Assembly (NCBI GenBank): GCA_963514005.1 | Contig: OY740818.1 | Location: 11,160,001-11,224,000 of the forward strand | From: Raja brachyura | Taxonomy: Eukaryota | Direction: 5' to 3' | DNA length: 64,000 bases | In this document: one piece after another, positions 27,228 to 41,135 of the stretch | How positions within the stretch are numbered: position 1 is the stretch's first letter | How the letters are laid out: each line of letters opens with the position of its first letter | The notes under the pieces: generated by a model | Database searches by the model: none | Told to the model about the DNA's origin: nothing | The model's input: only the letters and a program-made list of their open reading frames with translations | Translations under genes and position numbers: made by a program

Positions 27228-27690
27228 GTAAGAAGGAACTGCAGATGCTGGTTTAAATCAAGGATAGACACAAAAAGCTGGAGTAACTCAGCGGGACTGG
27301 CAGCAGGAATGGGTGACGTTTTGGATCAAGACCCTTTTACTTCTGAAGGGTCTTGACCCGAAACGTCACCCATTCCATCTCTCCAGTGATGCTGCCTGTC
27401 CTGCTGAGTTGCTCCAGCGTTTCGTGTATCTATACTATTTTTCATATCGACTCTACCACTGTGCCACAGTGCCGCCCTAATGGAATTTGCATGGTCTCTC
27501 TGTGACCACGTGGGTTTTTTCCGGGTGCTCTGGTACCTCCGATATCCAGTAATGTACAGGTTTGTAGGTTAATTGGCTTCGGAAAGTTGTAAAGTTGTCC
27601 CTGGTGTGTAGGATAGTGTTAGTGTCGGTGCAGGCTCGGTGGGCCGATGGACCTGTTTCTGCGCTTTATCTCCAAACTCTAAAGTTTAAA
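27228..27690. mobile_element. Palindromic Penelope-tail derivative followed by an HE1-type SINE fragment
   Basis: aagaaggaactgcagatgctgg start with inverted arms, then SINE core. Confidence 0.75.
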
Positions 27691-28955
27691 GAGTTTACAG
27701 GGTGTGCTACATGCAGGGTCCACTGGTGTTAAAGGGAGCACGAGAAACAGGGCTCTGATCAGTTCAAAGAGAAGGCAGTGACTGGATTATCAGAGTTGTA
27801 CTGCACCTCGAGACATTAATCAATAACATTATTCAATAACATACAAAGTACAGGAAAATGAGAGAGCAGGGCAGGATTACATTTGTTTGATGCCGTGTGA
27901 AAGAAATGGGAAAAATCTTGAGTTGGGCCAAAATTGTCTTGTTAATCTAAGAGTGAGCACACAAATAATGTACAGATGTTTTGTGTATCATGCTGAAGGT
28001 ATAATACATTTCTTAAAATTTTATTTCTGCTGTCAAACAGTTGACCTGCTGATTTGTTTTGGGAATGGTAAGGAGATTCTTTGTCTTATTGTATAAAATT
28101 GGAATATCAGCATGATTCAAACTGCATGGTGTGCATTCCAAAGACTGTTTAATGCATGCACATTGACTGGTAAAACTATAATTGTGGTTAGAATGTTCAA
28201 TATTGTATTCACTAAGAATATTTATTTTTCCATTTTCTTCTGGGAGAAAAATACTTTTTATTTTGCATAAAGCCATAAATGTGCCGCAGTATAATTGTTT
28301 ACAAAGTTTAAGTCCTAACTCTTAAAATTGGTAGATGATTTGACAGGTCTAATTGCTGAGTCCATGAATGATACATGTATATATTCAGAAAAACATGTCC
28401 TACCACAATAATGAGCAAGTGACCTGTATAACATTTTGCATAGCTGCCCATAGTTGACAATTACAGAAAAGTTACCACAATGTCACCACAAAACAGAAAT
28501 GCTTCAGTGGAATTCCATTTATTCAAGTTGCTCATTCTACGTCATTGGGAGGCTAGATGTTCTCTGCAGGTGAAGTCCACAAGCTTTAAACCAAATCATT
28601 TTTTTATGACGGGATGTTGATTTCCTTATCTTAACTGGAGGAATTCTCCTTGTTTACATTCTTGAAATTTTGTTGAAAATTGAATGAATCTGTTGATTAA
28701 CAATAATGAATAATTATTATAATAATTACACATATGCTTTGGGCCATTTTCCAATAATAGACCTGGATCACAAATGACCTTAATTCTGTTACCTGAATTG
28801 ATAACAATTTTGGTTAAATCCTGCTAAACACTAACATTTTATAAAATTAATATTTGTCCTGCATGTACTATTGCTGTATTTTTGACTTTTCTGTCCTGCA
28901 ACCCCACCTGAATCCTCATGTTTTTCCCTCTGCTATTCCTATTGCACCTTCTCAG

Positions 28956-29057
28956 ATAACTCTACTGGGCGTAACTCTGTTTCAAATCCCAGAATTCTTC
29001 CTCCTTCAGCTGACAACACTGAGCCTTTTAACCCTGCTAGGTCTTCTAATCAAACTG
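28956..29057 (+). CDS. AAK1: AAK1-like exon (DNSTGRNSVSNPRILPPSADNTEPFNPARSSNQT)
   Basis: pyrimidine tract plus ctcag acceptor, gtaaga donor, 102 nt, phase 1-1, open. Confidence 0.75.
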
Positions 29058-29627
29058 GTAAGAGGAAAAGCCAGATGATTTGATTTTATATGGAGTATAT
29101 GATAAACACTGGACACAAATTATTTTTGAGGTAATAAAGAAAACTGTACACAAGAAATCCAGAAGATACTTGCAGATGCGTAGAAAAGTTTTGATGATTA
29201 TTGTTTGAGTTACAATAACCACGTACCAAAAGGTTACCTAAATCAAAATACAGGTGTTTTTTTAGAAAGGAGGGTTTTGCAAAGTTATTACTATTAATGA
29301 AAAGAAAGTATTAATTATATAGGTTGACCAAAGGTTATTGCATCTTGTTACAGAGCTATTGTTAAACTACCACAGTACCTTGTCAATTCGGTATCGGTGT
29401 TCATTTTCCCTTATTCCATCTTTCAGTCCTCTTTTTGCCATTTCTTCCTCTCTCTGTCTGGACAGCATATTCCATTTTGATTTTCACCACATGACCACTC
29501 CCTGTACTCAATTAAAGGTTCCATTGCTAGTGATGTGAGTGTACTCGGGGAAATCAATCACAAAATCCAGCCATATGTTGAACTGAAATAATCTAGTAAA
29601 GTTTTTTATATTTTTTTACTTTTCCAG

Positions 29628-29722
29628 GTGATCATTCAAAGAACCGCAGTGGGAGTTCAGAGAACGGTCTTCCTGGTTTAGCTAGATCTTTACTCCTTGT
29701 GGATCAGCTTATAGACCTTTAA
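29628..29722 (+). CDS. AAK1: AAK1-type short terminal coding exon ([31 protein letters not shown])
   Basis: ttttccag acceptor, phase 1, TAA at 29720-29722; matches the AAK1 C-terminus [14 protein letters not shown]. Confidence 0.93.
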
Positions 29723-31431
29723 TGACACTCCCAATAAACTATCTGCATTAAAATGATCTGAACCCTGCAGTAGAAACCTCAATCCAAAGAAAGCATGGCA
29801 AAATCAGTAGCGTTATCTCCGTTGAGAGCAACGCCAACCAAGACATGATTGTAACAAGATGCAATGGAGATGCTACTAAAAGTAAAAGACTGTTCCATCA
29901 AGGCTTTCCTTAATCTTCCATCTGCCTGTGCGCCTTTAATATGCATATACTAGAAAACAGCTTGGACGTTCTTCCAATTTTCAAAACCTGCTGAAATCCT
30001 CTTGTGTTGAAATGCTACCCTGAAGGACCTTGGCTCGATATACCTCAGCATTTTTTAACTTTGTATGTTATAATTACATTGCTGCAGTGCCCTTTACTTT
30101 TGCAGAATGATCAACTGATTTGGAAATGAGCTTTAGCTTCTTTAAATTTATTTTTGGTTTGTAGCTTTAGAACAATTAATACTGCCTGGATTCTACTACT
30201 GAGAGTTGTAGTGGCATTGAGGTCTGATGTGTTATGCCATGTTACAATACATGACTGATGTGGAAACATGCTGCTTGCTTTGCAATGTAATGCTTGAATT
30301 GCTTTGCCTTAGTTTGCAATGATTAACTATGTTGTTATTTGAGCATTTTTGATTTTACCTCTTTCTGTTAAGTTACTTGACTTTTATTTTTGCTGCTAAG
30401 AAAACAAATTATTTTTAAAAACGTACAAATTGAATGTAGATACCAGGATTTAGCCAGTTCATTTTAATTCCCTTCAGTTATTTCTTAATTTGAGAGGCTT
30501 GTTTTCTGTGATGTGCAGGCATACGAGTGAACTGCCATACAACCACACAGGGCTAGGCAGCAGTAAGTATGAACGGACAGCGTTTGATTTAAAACAAAAT
30601 TGCCTTTTATTTGCAGTGAAACACGATTTTCTACAAAAGATATCTAACTATGGTGATCAGTTCAATTCTAAAATGTCTGTTTATATGCTCACGATTTCTA
30701 ATTCTGCTTTTTTGAATTCTGTTTGGAGTCACATGAATGAAGGGCTCGGGTGTAACTAGACTGAATTTATTGTACAGTTGTTCAATGAGAAAAGAAAGGA
30801 AATAATTTCCCTTCAGTTTAGTGTGTGGAATCTGGCTTCCAATTTGGTCCATCCACTAGATTTAGAAGTGGTTCCATTTTTCACTAAAGTTTTTAATTAA
30901 CAAAAAAATTTTTTAAAAATCAACATTGATTCACATTTCATAATTATCATTAACTATCATAGCTGTAAACAAACAACAAAATAGAAGATTAGTCATCTAA
31001 ATAACCAGGTTATGTGTATCTAAATCAGGTGGTGAGCTGCTTCATAATGTCATGGGTAACTTTACTAATTTAAAATATACATAGCAAAAATAAAGTTACA
31101 AACCCTAAGCTACCCGTAAACATTTCCAACAGAGCGAAGATAATGATGGAATATGTCTCTAATACCTAATGCGAGGACTGTTAGTATGCATCTCTATGCG
31201 CAATGTTGACTATTTAATAAATTGATTTGTGTTGACAGGGATTTCAGAATATTAACCTGTGCACTATATTTTTCATTGTGTTTAAATCTGGCAGGTAATC
31301 AGCTTCCCTGTTTATCAAGCAGCCATTACTGGAATAGTTGTTGTTTCTCTAATTATTTTTAATGTCCCACCTAATGTTGAATAACTGCAACCAATGAATG
31401 ACTATAACATGATTATTTAAAAAAAACTGTA

Positions 31432-31437
31432 AATAAA
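31432..31437 (+). other. Candidate polyadenylation signal for the short kinase isoform
   Basis: AATAAA followed by ATTAAA and a T/GT-rich tract; other AATAAA at 29733, 31089 and 31216 are alternatives. Confidence 0.4.
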
Positions 31438-33084
31438 TTTAAACCGTTTCACGTTTACATTAAATTGTTTTCTGTTTTATTTTTGTATGCCACTGACACT
31501 TGTTTAAAAATAATTTAGTTGTGGAGTTTTGCTTTTTATAATTTGAAAGCAAGTTATGCATCTTTAGTGAATTTGATTTTGGGAGTACAGAAACTATTCC
31601 TATTGGAATCAATCATTTGGGGAGTATTTTAGCTTTTTAATTAGTTTTCTATGGGATTTGCAAATAAGGTCAACATAAATTGACCTTGGACAACTCAATC
31701 GAATGTCCTGAGCATATATGACACCAATGCTGGTGTGTGAGGAATTCCAGACTTTTGACCAAATAGCAACGAAGCATTGGCAACACAGTCCAATATCAAT
31801 AGTGTGCTTGGCAATTTACAAATGTTCCAGGTTCCAACATTCATTTAGTACCAAACAGTTTAACTGGGATATTTTATTTCGGTACAAAAGACATTTGCTC
31901 TCTTGAAAAATCGGGTTACTGCTATTGTCATTCATTTATTTTGATTCCCAAAGAAAAAATATTTAATTTCGATCTCTGTCAATTAAAGGACTGAAGTAGG
32001 ATGAGAATTGCATTGATATTTTGAGAATGTAAAAATGGATCCAAATGCTGCCCTGTGGACAGTTGTCACGCCCAGAACTTGTGTTCACCTGACATACAAA
32101 ATCTCCCATGCCCCTTGTTAATAAGACTGCAGGGTTGCATTCAGAGCACCACTCCTAAGCTGATCATTTATGTCAGGTAATGTAACTTCAAAATATACAA
32201 TGTAACATCTTGACAATTAGTTCAAAATGCACCAATTATATTGATCAATCCATTGAAGTTTATCTGTCGCCTTTTTTTTAATCAAACAGAACAACAAATT
32301 GCACTTTCTGAGCGTCCTAGGTTTTTTTTTCAAACTGATTTGATTATTTCTGTATTCTGAATTTCCAAGGAAGATTAAATTGAAATAAAAAAAGACTGGT
32401 GAAGGTTCACATTGCCTAAAGCAGGTGCTATCTACAATTAATTATAATGCCAAGCAGTCCCACAATCCACAAGAAAAAAGCTAACCTAGCAACTTGACCT
32501 GAAAATATTAAATTCAAATAGTACAAATTCTAGTGTATTTAATCAAGTGTGGTTGACGTGCCTTTTTGAGTCAGCATTTCAATTTAGCTGTGTTGATGAG
32601 GCTTGAATTTTAAACTCCACTTGACAAAAGCATATCATTAAGTTTGCTGATTAGTGTGGCAGCAGTGCGATCCTTCAACATGTTAAAACCAAGGCCTTGT
32701 TTACAACTTCTCATGGATCTGGATGTTAAATGTTACAACACAATTCAAGGAACAATGGAGTTATTGTAGCCAACATTTCCCCTGCAGTTACCAAAGACTG
32801 ATTGTTGTGCTGATCATTGAGGGTTCTTTCCTTGTGGGAAATTGCTGCTGTTTTGATATCTCTAGGTACTGTACTTAAATGTAACTTACTGAACACTACT
32901 TTCTAAAGGATTTAAATTTCTGTCAAACATCCAAGAAATGGTAATGAGCAAAATATTTTTATGCCACTACTTTAATTGATCTTTCATCGCAGTGATTCAT
33001 TGAATCACTGCGGCACCCATAATGGGATGACCCAGACTGATTGTATGGCAGTGGATGAGCTGCTAACCATGGGGGAATGACAAT

Positions 33085-33295
33085 AATAGGCAATAGGTGA
33101 AGGAGCAGGCCGTTCGGCCCTTCCCGCCATTCAATGTGATCATGGCTGATCATCCACAATCAGTACCCCGTTCCTGCCTTCTCCCCATATCCCCTGACTC
33201 TACTATTTTTAAGAGCCCTATCTAGCACTCTCTTGAAAGCATCCAGAGAACCTGCCTCCACCGCCCTGAGGCAGAGAGTTCCACACTCGCCACTC
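33085..33295 (-). mobile_element. HER1/CR1 3' end
   Basis: similar to 14950-15170 in reverse orientation. Confidence 0.85.
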
Positions 33296-33940
33296 TTTGC
33301 CCTAGATAATGGAATTGATGTCTTGAGTTATTTGAGCACACACATCCAAGGAAATAGAGTATTCCATTACAGCTCTACCTTGTGCTTGTAGATGGTGGAA
33401 AAGGTTTGGTTACAATATGATATAACCTTATTTATCCCAGGAAGGAAATTAATTTACCAACAGTCATAAAAAAAACACAATACTCATAATTAAAGTGACC
33501 ATAGGAAAGATTTTGGGGTGTATAATGAGGGGTGTCTCGGTCTACCCCATGACAGAAGGGGGAGGAGTTGTAAAGTTTGATAGCCACAGGGAAGAAGGGT
33601 CTCCTATGGCGTTCTGTCCTGCATCTTGGTTAGCTGAAAGGTAAGCGTGACTTACCTTTTCTATTGCCCCTCTGAATGTTCATGGTGCGGGATTAGGTGG
33701 GAGTAATGCTGTGAATGTTACTTGCTCTTTCAGTCAATGCCTGAGTATTTAGGTTTTTTTCTATTTTAAGTTTCTAGGTCAATGCATGAAGCTATTGTTG
33801 CTTGGTTTGCTGAATAGTGAAGGAAATTAAACTGTTCTATTTTCAATTGTATGCAAATCTATTGCATTGAACATCTACAATTTTTTTTCCTTTCCAACTC
33901 TTAATCCGTGTCCCTCTCCCAATTGTTTTGATGTTTTCAG

Positions 33941-35052
33941 GCTGTGGCAGTATAGTCTCAGTGAACCATACAAATCAGAATATTCCACTGGTTGTGGGAC
34001 ATATGGCAGAGGATAGAACTGAACTGAGTTGTGGTGAAATGGTGCACTTTATAGGACGCTGTTTATCAGCATCACTTACTGAGGAACATTCAAGTGATAT
34101 CGCTTCATCTCCAGGCACTTTTCACAGCAGCGACGAGGAAGATAAATCTAATGAGATAAGCCAATTTGAAGGTTGTGAAAAAGCCATTGCTGCACTAACT
34201 GACTTTCAACTGGATCCTGATCTAAACCTAAACACTTGTGATCAACACTTGCTTAGGGAGCAAGGAGAGAATACCACCCAGGTGCTTTCTGTAGGTGATT
34301 ACACGTTGTGTAAAATGCAATTATCTGATTCTACTTCCAACATTCAAGACATTGAAGATTTACAGAATTCCACCACAGATTTGGAAACAAAGACGTGGCC
34401 TTTTAAAGCAGCTGATTCACCTGCTGAAACATATAATGGAGCTGGTAACCAGGAAACAGATGTATTTAAAAATGCCCCATTTACACTTAAGATAGATTAT
34501 GATACAGATCTTCAGATTGTAATAAATACACCATCTGGAAGTAAAACACCGTCGGCTCAGCTTGAACCTAGGCAACCCACTAATTTGGAACAAATGGATG
34601 TATCCAGCCACATTTCGTTTGAAGAGGTTTCAGTTGAAAATGCATGGTCCTCTGTTGCAACCTGCAACTTGAAATTGACCAAAACAACTAGCTCAAGGGA
34701 ATGTGCGCAGTCAACTGGAAGAGGACTGACTTATGATACAAACAAAGCAGGACAGAAAGGGGATCAGAAAGAACTATCAGAGGATTACAGCTCCAAGGAT
34801 GCTTGTCATTTAACGAATCATAAAACGGAATTATTTTCGGAAGCTTCTGTGTTAAATCCTTTTAATCAATATTACGATTCTGAATACTTGGGGTGCAATA
34901 GCAAAGTGCATTCAGACAAACAAAATTTGATCTTGCGGCAGCTGCAATCTGGTGGCCTGTCTCATGCGAAGCACTTTGCACATTCAAGTTCACCACCACA
35001 CACGGATGATGATCCATTTTCTGCAGCACCTTTCCCAAAGAAGGGATTATAA
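33941..35052 (+). CDS. Alternative long terminal exon of the kinase, BMP2K C-terminal-domain-like (about 370 aa; HSSDEED, DVFKNAPF, NPF, DDDPFSAAPFPKKGL*)
   Basis: 1.1 kb uninterrupted non-repeat ORF behind a gttttcag acceptor in phase 1, compatible with the donor at 29057; ending resembles BMP2K DPFGAAPFPSKQ. Confidence 0.82.
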
Positions 35053-36001
35053 AACATTCAAACATGCCCCAAAAAGGAAAAATGGGCTTTGACTGAACCT
35101 AGGAATAAGGATAAGTGCGCCTGTTATTGATCGAGTATAGAACAGTGATTTAAAGAATTATTCGGCAGGTTCAGATATGTACATTTCTTAACAATTCCAT
35201 CGTATCTGACAATCGTAAACATCAGCCCTGCTTCTCTGCCTCTATCTCGTGCTGTCCGCTTAAACTTCACATTCCTGTCATGTCCAGATGCAACACTTCC
35301 ATTGTTGTGATTGCTGCCCTGCACACTGTTGCATTATTACTTTCATCTCTAACTAATTAAATCTCAGATCTGTCAACCTCTACATTCTTTAAGCATTAAT
35401 GGCCCTTTTTACCCTGCTCTGATGTGCATGGCCTTTGCTCACCACATTGCTTCACTAAGCCTACCTAGCCTATCTCTCACCATTTCTAATAATGTATCAG
35501 GTCATGGGAATTTAAATGTGACATGTGTAAAGATCAGCCATTGGTTATGGTAAGTAAAAGCAAAAGTACTAATTAGTGTAGTTATTGTGGCTACTATTAC
35601 TTATTAAATATTGCACTACAACTGATTTCCCATTGGTAGGAAAATGTTGATCCATAAACTATCTGCGTTTTTGCTGAGCTGGCATTTCACATTTTGTTTG
35701 ACATTTGTGTGTCAATACTGTTACTTAGAGCAATTTAAGAATTAGAGCTGATTTGCTGTTGTCATAGCTATGTTGAATGTATATGTATTTTAGTGGAATG
35801 CAAGTTTCCAAATTAAATCTGAACTGGAACATTTGATTGATCACTACTCTGATGAATATGGTTAGTTGTTCACGCCAAATTAATTCAAGTCTAAAAATTC
35901 GATAATGGTAAATATTCCAAAATATGTTCGTGCAAAGCATAGGATAAATAATTACCCATTTACCACACAACAGCAGATACAAAATATAACATCAAATGGT
36001 T

Positions 36002-36007
36002 TTTATT
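36002..36007 (-). other. Candidate polyadenylation signal of the PAQR3-like gene
   Basis: AATAAA on - strand with GT/T-rich downstream sequence (35950-35995), about 1.8 kb after the stop codon. Confidence 0.5.
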
Positions 36008-37824
36008 AAAGATGCAACATTTAGGAGTATAAACATTTTCAAAACAATGTTCTTTTATCAAAAACCAAAATGCTTTGTATAGCAAAAAAAAAAATTGTCA
36101 TATTAGCAAATACCCTAGGAAACAAAGAAAAATGACTAACAGACCAATTGCAATAGCTGAATATGTTTGGCACTAGTAACATTGAAATACAACACAAATG
36201 ACGGGGCACAACTATCTCTATACTTTTGATGTCAAAACCTCAGTATGACGAGAAAAGTATACAAGATATGTTCTTTATGAAGAAAAATAAGTTTTGCAGA
36301 AAGAGATGACGTGCCTTCTGTAGGAACATTGACAATCAACTTACCAACCACTTAGAGACCAGTTCAGAGGAAAAACTAAAATTCAGGCACAATACTACAA
36401 ACATCAAAATTATCTTGACTGCAGTGACAAAATGGATGTGCCGAACTTGGGTTTTGACCATTACAACTGCACAACCACTACTGCACGAATCCTCAAATCA
36501 ATAATTAATGGTCAGCTATATGCAACAAATCTAAAAAGAGCTTCATCACAATTCAAAGATTTTTTTCTAAATTGATTTCTGTAGAAAACAATTTTGCATA
36601 GCATTAGATTTAAACTGCACTTTTACAGTAAATTGGCACAATAATGTAATGAAAAATGATGGAGCGGTTAAGCAGGCCAAACTGTTAATCATTGAAGTGC
36701 TCTGTCCTGCCCTAGAACCGTATCACTGAGAAAATTCAGTCATACATTGCACAAGACCAATGCGTTGAGTTTCAAGATGTACAAGTATATTCCTATTTTA
36801 TATTACTCTAATAAAATTAACATAATTTGCACTTCTATATCAAGGGACTAAAACATGTCCTAAGCTTTGTAGCAATCATTTAGCAATTTAAGCTTCTTGT
36901 TCACTTGCTCTTAATCTGCATGGGAAAATGTGTTCTGTATATTAAATTAAAGTGTATGATACTTACCATATGTTGTCCAGGACAATATTTCAGAAAACTG
37001 CTCAACATCAATGTTGTTAGATGTAGATTATCTAAAGATTGACATGAGATCTCCCCATTTAAAAAAATAAAGTTTACTAGTTTTCCCCTCTTCTCCCTAA
37101 AATTTGTTACACATTATTTTGTAAACACTTTTTAAGTTATGGTCTTCTGATTTAAACATCCAGTATACATTTTTTTTCAAAAATTAATTGATTACCTCAC
37201 AACAAACCAGGTTTAATTATTTAAACTTGTAATCATGGGTTAAATATCAGGAAAATATTATTTGGGAGGGCCATGGGTTAGGCATTGTAAACTTGTTATT
37301 TTGCATGCAATACAATTGCTTTTGTCCTGGTTATATTAAATTTGCAGCATACATGTTACAGTACATATTAAATCATTTCTATAAAATGTGAACTAACTGA
37401 CAAAGCAGGCATTATACTGCAAAGACATTGGAATAAATACATTTTGTATTTTACAAACACATGCATTGACTTTGTTAAAAGGCATTTTAACACAGCTGCC
37501 TTTACAGCACCTTGAGTTTGTGATACTGGCACAATCCAAATGTTAGAAAAGTGGCCAACAATTTGGCTCATTAGAAAGGCTTCTTCATGCAACAATAAGT
37601 CTGAGGAATCGTTGAGTAGGCATCACGGTACCAGACTTTACCACAGTACAAATCTTCAAACCGACAGCACATGACTGAGACACATTCAGTTTTAAGTAAA
37701 TTAGGAGGCAATCATGCAGTTGATTAGAAGACTCGGCTGTTAATTAGCCAAATTGTTGGGTTTTTTTTTAAAAACAGGGAAGCAGTCCTCTTCAGGCAAT
37801 GCTGGAAAACTTCTAAATTAAAGT

Positions 37825-37961
37825 CTACTTTATTTTTAGACATGGCTGCTCATGTCTATAATGCATTATATGTACAGCAGTCTGATGCCACCAATAGAAC
37901 ATTAAAACTACCAAGAAATGCCACCACTGGTGACTACAGCCAAAGTAATTCAAGTATCCAC
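37825..37961 (-). CDS. PAQR3: PAQR3-like last coding exon (GGYLNYFGCSHQWWHFLVVLMFYWWHQTAVHIMHYRHEQPCLKIK*)
   Basis: ttctag acceptor, phase 1, HxxxH motif (HQWWH), TAG at 37827-37825. Confidence 0.92.
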
Positions 37962-39584
37962 CTAGAAAACAAGAACCCTTGTTAGAATGCAACAATGAAA
38001 AGGAAAGGTCTAACCCACTTTTGATATCAAAGTAGTCAATGCTTCAATTTTTTAGTTTCAAAGATAAATACACCCTTGTAACATTGTCAAATATTGTTGC
38101 TCTGAGTAAATTATTATTAAATTATGCAATATTTCTCCTCACAATATTCAAAATAAATCCTAACTCCAACCCAAGTTCAGGCCTACTATGTGTTACGTTT
38201 GCACTTTTCTGTGACTGAGTTTCTATCAGGTGCTCTGCCTTTCCCCCGTGTGATTGGCCACTGAATATTACCATTAGTTTGGTGGGTGGTAAGTGAATTC
38301 AAGAGTTAGACATGCAAAAAAGAATAGGTTAAAGGGAAATAAGTGGGTGAAGGAGTCTAATTCAAGAGTTTTGAGTTGACTAAACCTTGGTGCAATGAAT
38401 GGCTCCATATGTTGAAGTAATGTAGAAAAGGTCAGTCTCTCATAGATTTTATTAATCCTTTTGATTTAAACTCCCTAGATCAATAGTCTGTGGACACAGT
38501 ACTAATCCGGTGACTGCATTGTTCCTCCACCTAGCTTGGAAACATTTCTTTACCAGATGTAAACACTGAACAATTTTGTAAATATATTCTCTCTCAAGTT
38601 TCTCTTGTTCAAGAAAATCCCCCAATGTTTTCATCTCAATTGGTATCCAGCTACATATTTAAAATGTACATATAATTATTATTGTCCTTCATATTACAGC
38701 ATGCTTAAAACTATACCAGGGCACTTTACTCATGTTATAGGTTAACCATTGCTTTGCGCTAAATTCCACCTCAGTGCTCAAAGGCTTTACATAAAATTAA
38801 ACGACTGCCCCAGTTAGAACTTTACTCGCATACATTCATACTTGACATTAATTAGATATTTGACTTGCCTCCTTCCCTGCCATTCAGTCTGTTGACTGAC
38901 CAATTGGGTATATCTTATATTCATCCACCAAAATACATCTTGCTTTGACTGCCCCATTCTACTCTCCTGTCTAAATCTCCAACAACGGTACAAGAACATT
39001 TAACATTTAACTTAATTCGACTGCTCTACTTCACCATCTCATCCCTACACCTCTTGATTTCCCTGGAAACCCAAACCTCTCACAGCCTACAATATACTCA
39101 ACAATTGAGCATCTATTAGTACTCTAGGTAAAGAAACTGCAGATGCTGGGTTTAAATTTCAGTCAATTCTCAATCTGACCTCTGTCTTTGCCCTGTCCAA
39201 CAAATCCAAGTGCAAGCTCATGGAACAGCGTTTCATTTTTTCTCTGTGGACATACAACTTTCAACTCAATAACAATTTCAACTAACCAGCTGACATTTTG
39301 CCTCCATAAATTTTGCTGGATGTCTCAGCTTCAACTTATTCTTTTGCCTGTTTTCCTTTTTCGAACTGCTGGCATTTAAAGTAATGGTTAGCTGGACAAC
39401 TTGACAAATCTACAGTGTCTCCCAGACACCTTAACCCTTCTCTCCATCCCTCTCCTTGTAGTTTAAAACATGTGTTGTTTTCCCACCTTTCCACCATTGA
39501 TGAAGGGCCACTGACATGAAATATTAACTTTGTTTCTCTCTCCATGGACCTGTTGAGACTACAGCTGAATTATGTATGTCAGTC

Positions 39585-40135
39585 TTGCCCACTCTGGGTG
39601 GTACCAGTATTGGCTGCCTCGCCAACAGTCTGTCTGTCCCTTCTTTGTTGTTTTCTTAGTATGTGTTAAATGTTTGTTTTAGTGTTCTTTAGCTTGTTTT
39701 GTGTGTGTGTGGGGGGGGGGTTTGGGAAACCTTTTTTAATCTCTTACCTCGACGGAGATGCGATTATTTTCCTGTATCGTATCTCCGTCCGCACTGCGGC
39801 CTAACATTGAGGAGTTGACGGCCTTTGCTGGAGACTGACTTCGGGAGCTCTAACTGCGGGAGCCTGCCGACTTACCATCGTGGAGATCGTGGTCCCTGGT
39901 TCGAGACCGACTTCGGGAGCTTCAATGCCCCGACCGCGGGAGAATAAAGAGGAAGAAGATTGGAGTTTATTGCCTTCCATCACAGTGAGGAATGCGGGGA
40001 ATACGCCTGGATATTTATGTTAACTTTTATGTAGTTGTGTGTCTAGTTGCTTTATCTTTTAGAATGGCTGTATGGTAATTCGAGTTTCACTGTACCTTAA
40101 TTGGTACATGTGACAATAAACTGACCTTTGAACCT
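39585..40135 (+). mobile_element. Unclassified SINE-like retroposon with LINE-type tail
   Basis: CpG-rich body with internal direct repeat gagac(t/c)gacttcgggagct; ends tgtaccttaattggtacatgtgacaataaa, like tails at 53320 and 56420. Confidence 0.55.
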
Positions 40136-41135
40136 TTTTTTAGGAAAGAATTGCAGTGACCTCTTCAGTTCTTCCAACATTTTCTGTCATTGTAAATGCC
40201 TAACCTCTTATCCTAAAGTCTAAGGAGCATTTATCTTAGGACATAGTGCAGTGATGGTACAAGACTATCTCCAGACTAAGAAATTATTTCCTAGAGAGAG
40301 CAAGACTGACACACATAATTCAGCTGTAGTCTCATCAGAACCCTGTACAACAGCAATAAGACATCCTTACTCCTGTACTCTAACACTTGTGATGAAGGCC
40401 AACCACATCATTCAGGTTTCTCGCTGTGCCTGCATACCAACTTCTAGTATTATGATAACAATTTGTGACCCTTTTGCACTGGCCCAGTATCATACCTCAT
40501 TCCAACTGTCTAACAGAATCTAATGATCACTTTGTACAGGAATATAAAACTAATAAAATCAGTGCAGAAGAGCTAAAATATTAATGGCACCATTTTTTTT
40601 GTTTCACCAGCCAGATGATGGAAGACCATCAGCCAGTCAAAGTGGGCATAACTAGGGGTTTCAGTTTAAAACATATTCTATTTTATTAATATTGGAAGAG
40701 TTTAGCAAAAGCCCGACACAAAGCTTTAATTTCAAGTTGCGTGCTACTGGCAAGGACAACATTCATCTCTCCTAGTGGGGAAATGGAGAGGGTGAGAGAA
40801 GAGAGAGCACTAGCAGTAGTGGAGCATCAATGAGACAGCTTGAATCAGGATGTGCAAAAGGAAAAGCAAATGGGACAGAATGGATGAGAATAAAATAAAA
40901 ACAGAAAAAGAAAAAAAATAGGTAGGGGGAAAAGAGGAATAAATTCACCTTGCATCACCTTAAAGTGCACTGCAGTTAATTCAGCACTTCTGAATTATGG
41001 TCACTATTTTAGCCAACTTGCATACATTCCCAGGATGGGGAATATGTTTTGATGCTTATTTCTGTAAAATACTGCAAAATTATATGCATTTGGTTTTAAA
41101 AAGTAGAATCATTATAGGGTGTATAAATACATCTT

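Noticed and set aside
28389-28411. Possible extra terminal exon EKHVLPQ* in phase 1
   Set aside because: Weak pyrimidine tract and no recognisable homology.
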